Below are positions 25,057-35,179 of a stretch of 57,648 bases of DNA, in pieces. Under the pieces are notes generated by a model that worked only from the letters and a program-made list of their open reading frames with translations, was not told where the DNA came from and searched no databases. The stretch is from positions 1,798,001 through 1,855,648 of the forward strand of contig CP145411.1 of assembly GCA_036867785.1 (NCBI GenBank). Direction: 5' to 3'. The DNA is from Plasmodiophora brassicae (taxonomy: Eukaryota). Within the stretch, counting starts at the first letter, position 1. Every line of letters starts with the position of its first letter. Made by a program: the position numbers and the translations under genes.

Positions 25057-26423
25057 TCATACGAATGCCGAGCTCGTGATGAACAGGACGACGGATAGCC
25101 AGGCGGCCGCGGTCGCTGCTACAGCTGCTGTAGGTGACAGGGCGGACGCCGACGACGCTGGAGGCGTTTCATAGCGGATTGGTCGCGTTCGCTGACGGTA
25201 ACTGTCTAGTACGTGGCGGGCCGCCAACGTCGTCGTCACTCCAACGAGTATGGCTGCTCGACGACGCAGGAAGGGTGTTGCGCGCGGGGAATCGCGGCCA
25301 TCGTCCGGCGGGCAGGTTTTGGTGCCGACCTGTGGCCAACGGCGACCGACAGCAATCCAGGCGGCGACGACACCGACCCCCAGAACATGTGCGCGATCAA
25401 CTTTCGACGGTTGCGGTCCACCAGCAGCACTCCCTGGCGTTGACGTTGACGCCGTCGGGTCCGCGTGGGCACGTGGCTTCCGCCGCCCAGCCCCCGTTGT
25501 TGGGCCCTCGACCTGCTGCCGTCCTCCTGCTTTTCGACGGAGCGGTTGCTTTGAACAAGGACCCGCCGGAATGTTGGGCCGTGGGCAACGAACGACGGCT
25601 CCCTCGGTCATGATCGGGTTGGGCACGACGCGGGATCGCTGCTTTCGACTATGCGGTACCCAAATCGTGAACTCGGTCCGGACCGGCATGTAGGGCGACC
25701 GCGCTCGCATGCGGATCTCGACGTCACTGCCGGACGCGTACACAATGTCGACCTGGACGCGCACGGCGCCCTGGCGCTGCAGCGCCCTGATCTCGTTCTC
25801 GACGGACGCCTGGGGCCCCTGATTCGAGGCCGGGTGCTGCGGGATCAGATTCAGGCCCGAGTCGCACCTGGTGGCGTCCGTCAACGACAACATCGAGTAC
25901 AGGCACACGCAGCGCAATCGTACTGTTTGTGGGAATGCATGATGATATGACCGGCGTGATAACCGGGGACCGGATGCCGAACGTCGGTCCAGGCGAGTAA
26001 TTTCGCAGCGTACTTCTGCCGGTTCGTTCGCAACCGGGTAGGCGCACGTGCCTGGGTGATCGATAACGACTCCATAGCGGACGTTAACGACACTTCGGGA
26101 TAGACGCCGTGCACACGAACAACGCGGGCGCGGGCGTCGGTCTCGTATGTGAACCCGTTCGTCAACGTCGTACGCTTGCGACCCTCGACAATCTGGTCAT
26201 CTGGGTACAGGTCGTTGCCATTCAGGATGGCGTCGTTCAAGCGCTGCCGCAGGGCTCGCAGGTCGCGTTTGTCATCCGGGAGACGCAGGAAATCCTGCAT
26301 ATACTTTGGCAGCTCGCCTACAATGGGGTCGTCGCCCACACACTCAACGACCACTGCCGCTGCTAGGGCCAGCCACAGTACAGCGAAGGCATACACAGCG
26401 GCCGACGAGGGGCGCGGCGCCAT
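25057..26423 (-). CDS. Secreted DNA/RNA non-specific endonuclease (bacterial-toxin type) with three-hydrophobic-segment C-terminal tail (2 exons)
   Basis: Signal peptide, then FTYETDARARV. After removing a ~56-nt intron (~25867-25922): YHAGHIIMHSHKQCDSGLNLIPQHPASNQGPQASVENEIR..VRVQVDIVY, the GH..N.PQ..N..E pattern of Endonuclease_NS_2-type nucleases. Confidence 0.7.
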
Positions 26424-26820
26424 CGCCGCCCTCCTTCAAACAGTTGTCCAACGGTGCCTCTAAATCGGGAGTGGAATTCATTACTGCTGTCGGCGGCAGG
26501 CCGCCAGGCCCGCGCTTCCCGCAACACGGCATCAGGTCTAGCGAAGGTTCAGGTTCCCCTTTGACTGTGCACTCCACGTTAAACCAGAGTCGAACAACTG
26601 CCAGCCAACGTCTGCGTAACCGCCATGGCGCCTAGCTGCTCGAATCACGTTTCATTTAGGACGTCTCTACCGAGGTACACTGAGCGACGCGGCATCATTG
26701 GCCGGCCGTACTCGCGAGCGTAGATATCGTCACGATCGCCAGCGCGCATCGAGGAACGAGCGGAGCAGGTTGCAGTACAGGTACGACCGTACCCTGCCAT
26801 TGTTGCACAGCAGGACGAAG

Positions 26821-27684
26821 ATGGTGGTCGCAGCGTTGGCACTGGTTGGCGTTCTGGCGCTGGTGGGTGCAGGCGCTCGAGGCGACAGCAGCGAGGCGAT
26901 GATCGAACAGCTATCGGCGCGCCCGTCATGGAGCGCATCCTGCTTTGACATGAAGTACTCGGGGGTGGCTGTCAGTGATCGACGTGTCCTGACGGTTCAG
27001 CGCGGTGCCGGCACACCGGACTCATACCTGGCCACCATCGTCATCAACGAGACACTGTACATGAATGGCGGATGCAATCCCGCGTTCGCCATGGTCACAA
27101 ACACGTTCCGCCTGGGCATTGCCAAGCAGGTCGCCTCGCCAACGGCAACCACCCCAGGCGCCCTGGACATCGACCTGGTCCCACTGCAGGTCGTTGTGCA
27201 CTTTGAGAGCGACCTGGCGGCCTCGTTCTTCTACACGCTGTGCCCCGGCATCGACGGGTTCGTCCCGGATGAGGTGACGTCTCTGGACATCACGACCAGC
27301 GGGTGCGGTGCGATATTCGCCGGCACGACTCAATGTCCAACCCGCTACACGTCCTGGGCCTTGAACGACAAGCTGGAGCTTGCCGATGTGTTTGTTCCGT
27401 TCAACCCGGGCGCCGCCTGCAACCAGGACAATCGGGCCGCCGATCTGGACGATCAGCCAATGTACAGCCCGGCACCACTGGCGACCACGGCTACCAAGGT
27501 GACGCAACCTTCCGCGGAATCGCAGCCTGGGAACCCGTCTAGCGGGTCCGGTGGTGGACAGGCGGTTGCTTCGGGTACAGGACACGATGCCACAGCAACG
27601 TCATCGGCCAGTCCGGTCCGCACTCAATCGGTCACGGCTGGTGTCGCCGTCACGCTGCTCGGCGTCATTGCAATCTCATTGTGA
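26821..27684 (+). CDS. Secreted, probably GPI-anchored Cys-containing protein, APCDD1-like domain
   Basis: Signal peptide; WSASC..RRVLT..LYMNGGCNPAF..LDITTSGC resembles the APCDD1 repeat; Ser/Thr/Gly-rich stalk; terminal hydrophobic GPI-type signal. Confidence 0.6.
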   Translation: MVVAALALVGVLALVGAGARGDSSEAMIEQLSARPSWSASCFDMKYSGVAVSDRRVLTVQRGAGTPDSYLATIVINETLYMNGGCNPAFAMVTNTFRLGIAKQVASPTATTPGALDIDLVPLQVVVHFESDLAASFFYTLCPGIDGFVPDEVTSLDITTSGCGAIFAGTTQCPTRYTSWALNDKLELADVFVPFNPGAACNQDNRAADLDDQPMYSPAPLATTATKVTQPSAESQPGNPSSGSGGGQAVASGTGHDATATSSASPVRTQSVTAGVAVTLLGVIAISL

Positions 27685-28564
27685 CGCGTTCCTGTACTTG
27701 AATACACTGGGGAACTGTTTGCCCAGAGGAATGCCCAGGAGGGTGCCCATGGAGAAGAGTATTGTCGACACAAAGAAGGCGATTCGCGCTGCGTCCATAG
27801 TGCAACGGGACACGAACGTGGTTTTTAGTGCGAAGGTCGCGGGTTCGCTCGACGGCCCCGCACTAAAAATGGCACATAAGGTGTTCCAACTGGCCAACGC
27901 CGAAGCGATGACGATTTGCAAAACAATCTAAACCTAGCTCATTCTGAATGACTGTGATCGATTACGCACCCATCAGAGCTTCGCTTCGCCAATAGTTTTC
28001 CTTTTATACCCGGTGCAATAGGGGTCGTTACTCAATTACGTCAACAGAGGATTCTGACTGCATCGTCCGGGGCGGCGCCCACAACCACCCAGCAGACGCC
28101 GGCAAGACGACGTTACGAATCAGCACTTCCTTCGCCATTTCAGAAAGCCTGCCGCTCCTGCTCGTGTCGGTCTCGCCAACAGAGGTTCAGTTGTCCAGCA
28201 TCGCCGTCCAGCCAGGGTCGGCAGGCACGGACGAACAGGCACTTATCGCTGACAATCGTTGAGTCGTTGCCCGCCCGTGGATCCGGATGTACTTGTGAGT
28301 GCACCCCATGTACACGTGACGCACGGGCAACTAAGCGCAGCGGGTCACCAGTCGTCAGGTCATGGCCAGATTGCGGGACTTCCGGAAATAGGCGGCGACG
28401 GCTGTGGTTGGGCGGAGAGGGACAGTGTTGCTGGAAATAGAACCAACCGACCTTTGTGTGTGTCGACGACGACCATCGAGTTGTGCATCGTGGTGCCGAC
28501 CTGCTGAGTCACCGGGCTTTACCGTGCGCACAGGTGGTGTAGAAGGTGTGGCGCGCGTGCGATC

Positions 28565-30357
28565 ATGTCCACATCGGCAGTTGGCGTAGCGGCTGGGGCC
28601 CACGACGAACTCCGCTTGGCCGACCGCCCCGACATCCAGCGCATGCTGACCAAGAATGGCGACCTGCACGAGCACGTGCGCTTCTCGGGCATCGTCACCA
28701 AGGTTTCGCATGCGTCCGAACCTGCCCCTGCTGTACAATCGTGCTGATTTGCTGTACATAGATTAACCGTCGGGGGCGGCAGCAGTCGCGTGTACTGCTT
28801 ATCACCGACAAGGCGGTCTACAACGTGGCGCCGAACGAGTTCAGCAAATGCAAGCGCCGGATCGCGATCGAGTCGATCGTCTCGATCACCGTCTCGCAGT
28901 CGTCGTCGAACGAATTCGTGATTCACGTGCCGGAGGAATACGACTACCGGTTCAAGTCGCCGGCCAAGTCGACGATCGCCCAGTGCGTATCGTCGACCCA
29001 TCGCGCCCTGACCGGGGCCAAGCTCGCCGTCAACTTCATCGATGCGCCCGCCTTGAAGGACATGACCATCACGAAGGATGTGGCGCGCCTGCACACCCGT
29101 GAGGACATCATGCGGCGTCGCAAGCAGCTGGCGCGCGAGGAGCACGATTCCGACCGCGAGGAGGACGACGGGCGCCAGGCTACGACCACGCAGCTGATGG
29201 CGTCGACCGAGAAGGTGTCCCTGGACGATTTTGATCTGCTGAAGGTCATCGGTCGCGGGTCGTTCGGCAAGGTCATGCTGGTGCGGAAGCGGTCGTCGGG
29301 GAAGATCTTCGCGATGAAGATCCTGAAGAAGTCGGCGGTCGTTGCGCGCAACCAGGTGGAGCACACGAAATCGGAGCGCAAGATCCTGCAGGACCTGCAG
29401 CACCCGTTCCTGATGGGCCTGCGGTACGCGTTCCAGACGCCCCACAAGCTGTACTTTGTCCTCGACTACTACAAAGGCGGCGAGCTCTTCTTCCACCTCA
29501 AGCACAAGCGCCGCTTCTCCGAGGAGGTCTCCCGGTTCTTCGTCGCCCAGGTCGGCCTGGCCCTCGGGCACCTGCACAAACACCAGGTCATCTACCGGGA
29601 CCTGAAGCCCGAGAATATCCTCATGGATGGTACGCGTGCTGTTGACCTCGGGCCGCCCGCCTGCACGCTCTGACTAGTGACGTGCTGGTGCCCATGGCAG
29701 AATTCGGTAACCTGTGCTTGACCGACTTTGGCCTGTCGAAGGACGTGGACCCAGCCGAGCAGGCGCACACGTTCGCCGGGACGCCCGAGTACCTGTCGCC
29801 CGAGGTCATCGCCGGGTGTGGCCATGGCAAGGCAGTCGACTGGTAACAACTCCATCCGGCGTCGCGATGTGCACATCGTCGATCATTGTCTGACGGAATG
29901 CACGCGTCCCTGCAGGTGGTCGCTGGGCATCCTCCTGTACGAGCTGACCGTCGGCATACCGCCGTTCTACTCGCAGAACGTCCACGAGATGTACCAGAAG
30001 ATCCAGACGGGCGTGCTGCGGTTCCCGCCGTTCCTGTCGTCGGACTGCCGCGACCTGATCACGCGCCTGCTGAACCGGGACCCGGCCGCCCGCCTCGGGT
30101 CGTCGCCCGCCGACTTCGAGGAGCTTCGCGAGCACCCGTTCTTCCGCACGATCGACTGGGACGCCATGATGCGCAAGGAGATCCCGCCGCCGTACGTCCC
30201 GCAGGTCGGCGGCACCGATAACGACACGAGCAACTTCGACGCGCAGTTCACGAGCGAACCCGTCGTCGACTCGTTCGTCGGCGAGTCCGCGCTCGACGAG
30301 GCCGCCGCCGGGTTCGAGTCGTTCACGTTCCTGGGCGACCAGTCCGTTCTGCAATGA
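28565..30357 (+). CDS. AGC Ser/Thr kinase (Akt/SGK/S6K-like) with N-terminal myosin-I TH1 (PH-like) domain
   Basis: TH1-like [45 protein letters not shown]; kinase motifs [28 protein letters not shown]; hydrophobic motif FESFTF. Confidence 0.88.
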
Positions 30358-30426
30358 ATGACTAACAACGACCGGCGCGATCACCTCACCGTCTACCTAC
30401 TGTAGGCACGCGTGCTCGGCGTCCGT

Positions 30427-32169
30427 TTACTCGTCGCTCGCTGGCGACAATGACGGTACCGGCGGCAGCGTCGTGCACTTGAACAGCAGCTGGCGGAGGC
30501 GCCCGCCGATGCTCGTCTGCATCAGGCGACGCCGTCGACCCGGGCGGCAGCATCGGTCGTCGGCGCCCGACGACCCAGCCAGGTCGGCAGACGCCCGGCC
30601 CGTCGAGCCGGACAGCGATGTCGTCGTCGTCTGCTTCATGCTGGATGACCATGCTGCCGACGCATCGCTCTGCGATCGACTGCTGTCGACCTCGTCCGCC
30701 ACGTTGTCGTCGTCGAGGGCGGATGGGCTGTCGGTCGCGACGGCGGCGTCCACATAGCTCGGCTGCGTCGTCATCGTCCCAGCGTCGGTGGACGCACCGG
30801 GTTGGGCAGCGATGCCCATCAGGGCGACAGGCGACGGGCGGATGGACGGCCGCCTGCATCGCTCCACGTCGGCCTGCTCGAGGTCGCCCTGCAGGACATC
30901 GATCATGGCCTGCTGGTCGTCGATGATCGACCTGCACGACTCGACCAGGTCGTGTAGGCGCGCGATCCCATCGGCAATGCGCATCGGGTCTGGGACCTCG
31001 TCCAGACGCGCGATCGGGCCCGTCTGTGTCGCCGCGTTCGCCTCGCACCGGCGACTTCGCGCGTCCTCGATCAGGTCCAGCAGCCCCAGGTCGTCGTCAA
31101 TATCGACCAGGGCGATCGGGTCTGGTTCGCCTGCCGCTGCTGCTGCTGCACCGGGGCCGTTATCATCGTCGTCGTTGTCGCGCGCGTCGACATCTGAATC
31201 GGTGAGGGACGCCTCCGACGATGCGACGTCGGCGACGAACCGGACCCGATGGCGCCCGGGCGTCTCGTGCTGCGGTTTGTCGGGCCGCCACGCCCGCTCC
31301 AGGTGCTGGATGGCGGCGTCCTTGGACGTGCACAGGGCCTTACAGGAGCGCAGCAGCAGGCGCAGGCGGTCGAGGTCGGCCTGTGGGCCATCCCGTCCGG
31401 GCGCGACGCCGCCTTGACGCATCGCGATCCCAATATCCGACGCCGTCATCGAATCGTCGACGACGACAATCGTGCAGATGCGCGCCTGGTCGCTGACGCG
31501 AACGACGGTGGGGTTCCGGCGCCGGGTGCCACTCGCCGTTGTCGTCGTCGGATGGCAGATGGACCGCAGGACATCGGGCGCGGACTCGATCGATGTCGTG
31601 TCGAACGGTGCGGACAGGCAGGCGAGGACCAGGGTCACCGTCCGGGCCGGATCGCCCGATCGGCGCTGGACGACGACGTGGTGACCGGACGGCGGGCGGC
31701 GCAGCACGCGATGCAGGTCATCGATGCCGCCGATCACGTTCGTGGCCGCTGTCGGGCACTGCCCCGGCATCAGCCACTGCTTGGCGATCAGGCAGCGCAC
31801 CGTCGACTGGCTGACGGCCGCGATCGTCCAGGACGCTGGCGCAGGGGACTGCCCTGCAGGCGGCATGACCTCCCAGGCGAGCCCGTCCGGGCCGAACAGC
31901 AACGACCGGCACAGGTGGGCGGATCCGCTGGCGACAACCAGCAGGTCGTCGTCGTCCGAATGCGACCGCAGGACGCCCAGCAGGGCGGAACGGGCCAGCC
32001 GGTTCTCCACCTGGCGCAGCAATGCGAATCAGACATGGGCGGGGCACTCGGGTGTGGTTGCACGGCCGATAGCGCTTACGACGAGGTCGGCCGCGTCGGC
32101 ATTGACGACCGAGGAGGCTTTACCGAAACCGGAAGGCAGGCAGACCGCGCGGCACACATTGTCTTGCAT
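30427..32169 (-). CDS. Hypothetical protein with coiled coils and a possible highly degenerate kinesin-like N-terminal domain (start uncertain)
   Basis: 531-aa ORF plus a likely upstream exon; motif order only faintly kinesin-like, with no P-loop. Confidence 0.5.
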
Positions 32170-32822
32170 GGAGAGGCGGGACCGCAGGCACAGGACGAGC
32201 GTCGACCGAAACGCCCGTCTGACACACGACTTTCGCTAGCGGGGGGCCGCCCTCCGCGACGGAGCGACCCCTTCCGTCCGGGAGGACGGCACGCGCGCGG
32301 CACAGGACCGTACCAGGGGCGACCTATGCGCCCTCCCACGATACGAATCGCTGGATCGGGTGTACGCCCCAGGCGTATGACGAATCGACATTGGTGGACG
32401 CGCACGCGACCAGACGTCCCATTATCCGGGCCGGCCCGACGAAACGAAACGGGTCGCCGTTGTGCTGACGACGACGTCGACGACGCTGTGCACCGTCTCA
32501 GCTCACTGACCACCTGCGCTGACGGCCAACACCTTTGCATGTCAGGCCTTAACTCCAGCGTCGCTCGGATTGTTCCTGGTTTGCTTGGTCTCCACGCAAC
32601 CGATAACCGACGTCTTGTTCTGCCACTCGTACCTCTGCGACCGAACTGCCGAGAAGCTGATATTGCCAACGCATACATACGTCCAGCCGACAAAGCATCC
32701 ATCACATCCAGCCAGCGAGCCCCGCACGTCGAAGGTCACGCTCGGTAGGCGGGTCGGCCAGCTCGTTTAGCTGTACCATGGTCAGTTGGTACCGTGTCGA
32801 CGATCGACAGTGGATTCTTGCA

Positions 32823-34542
32823 ATGCCGCCGAATGGTCCCACGGCGACCTCGTCGTTGCCAATGTTCGTCCTCGTAGTGGCATACGCCGTCAGCGCATTT
32901 CCGCTCGTGCATAGTTCGATGACGTTCCCGCTGGTGCCACCAGAGAGCCCGCTGGCCGGCGTGGACTTGTACGCAGCGTCGACTACTACGTTCATTGGGC
33001 CCCAACCGGGCGATCCCAACAGCACAAGGACCGGCCCACTTGTAGTCGTCACGAGCGACATGTGCGAGCCAACCACAATGCTGCTTCCCGGAGCCATCGT
33101 TCTTGCCTCGACAGAGGCCCAAGGGGGCGCATGCGATCTCGAAACCCAGTACTTGATGCTATATGGCACTGGGGCGGCTGCTCTCATTTGTGAGTGCGCG
33201 CACGCCACCATGCGCCCCATGTCAGATCTGACGATACTGCCCACACCTAGTTCCGGCGGTGGATGACGTTCCTTCACTGACCGCGTACTACAGCAACGAC
33301 GGGTCGCGCGGCGCCCTGACGCGGCATCTCCCGATGTTGTTCCTGCGTATCGGGCCCAGCAGCGATTTGTACAACGTGCTCCTCACAGACGCACCTGGGA
33401 AGAACGCGACGGTATTCCCCGATGTCAACGTCTGGCAGGCCACGCTCACATCCTGGTACTACCAGCTGTTCGTACGCATCCTACCTAGCTCTGTCCTGAT
33501 TGCATCGGGTGTGACGGCTGCCGTGTACTTTGCCTCACATATGGGCATCGTATACACCGAGTACCAGAGCGCTGTGACGGAAGGGTGTCGGTCGTTGCCG
33601 AGGCTCATCGGCTTCCTCCGGAAATCACTGAGTCCCTCACACGCTGTCCTGGCGGTCGAGATGACAACTGCTTCCTTGACAGGCGTCATCCTGGCCGTCG
33701 ATGGCTTCTACAGCACGGCGAACTTACCGTTCCCCGTCGTAGGATATTTTGTAACCATGTTAAGCGGATGGAGCTTCGCGTCGTCGTTGTTGTCAGCATC
33801 CGTTTGGGTCCGCCACCTGTCGCGTCTGGTCGCCTCGAACAGCCTGCTGACTCGCATCGTCCGAGGCGACTTCCGCATTGTATTCATCCTGCTGATTGTC
33901 GTTCCAATAGCCATCGACACGGCTGTAAGTGCCTTGCTCACGATGCACTACAACACGCAGGGCGTTACAACCGTCGTATCCGCCATCATCTTCTTGCTGC
34001 AGCTGACAGTTGGTCTGCATGTTCTCCTTGGCGTTCTGCGCTACTATTGGACTGTTCGAGACATTCAGTCGCACGTCAACAAACCTGCTGGACGTGGATC
34101 ACGCCTGGTCACTATTCTCCGCCGACTGAGCCACTGTGCCCTTGGCATGTCTTTGTCGATGTTGATGCTCTGCATGGGAACCGTTCTAATGGCTGCATCG
34201 TCAGCGTTTATGTACACTCCGGCAGGATGGACGATATGTTTTACGCTGTCCTATACAGGGCGTGCATTGGACAGCGCCTTCCGTGTTGCAATGTTCAAGC
34301 CTCGATCCAATACGAGCTCGTCATCCAGGACCACGTCTGGAGCTGCTGTAATCATTCCGAAGCCCAAGAAACCATGGACTGTCCCATTCTCCGGCGATCC
34401 CATACTTTCGAACAGCCGAGGCATGCACCACGGCATCCTGTCACCAGACCCGATCGTCCCGGGCGGCTGGCAGATTCCGGGCCAGGCGATTGCTACTACT
34501 ACTACTACTACTACTACGGCTGGCGAAACACCTGTTTCATAG
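32823..34542 (+). CDS. 7TM GPCR-like membrane protein with extracellular PA-like N-terminus (2 exons)
   Basis: Signal-like segment; GPLVVV..MC..GAIVL..GGACDLETQYL..GAAALI (PA-domain-like); intron ~33190-33250; about 7 hydrophobic helices in ORF 33259-34542. Confidence 0.6.
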
Positions 34543-35179
34543 GCAGCTTACGTGCCTGGCCGAGTGCTAGGATGTTCAGGATGCGTCTTGACATTTATCG
34601 TGAATACACTAGCTACAGCGTCGTCACTCAGGCACGCACCGTGCATTTGTACCGCGCCGATTTCAACGACGTCGATATTGCTGTGCGCCGGTACTGGCGT
34701 CTGAATCGAGGGTGACGGCGCCTTAGCGACGACGCCCATGATGAACTGCGCTGTCGAGTGTAAACCAGGTGGTCACTCGATCGGCATCGGTACTGCCATT
34801 GTCCGGTGCCCCCTCATTGGCCCGAAGACGAGGGATCGACGTCTTATCGGTGCCGTCCTTGGGAACGTCGACCTCGTGTTCCACGTTGGCTTCTCCTTGG
34901 TCACCACTGGCTTGGGTTGTGACCTCATTGCGGAGCGCATTGCGAGTACCCTGGGCTTACCATGAGAGTAGGAACCGGGAGAACTTAATTATCGGATCCG
35001 GCCCCGTCCGCCTTGGGATGGTTAATTACGGTTCCTCTCATTGTCGGTTGCAGGCCGTGAGATGGCAGACATTGACACTGCAGTCCGTTCGCGAATATAG
35101 CCATATTCATCGTCTGTATTTGTTTCGCCAAAAAGCATTGCAATCCCTGTCGTCGACATCATCGTCAACACCGTCATCA

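Noticed and set aside
27731-27931. Short 66-aa ORF after the GPI-type protein
   Set aside because: No motif or other support; may lie in a UTR.
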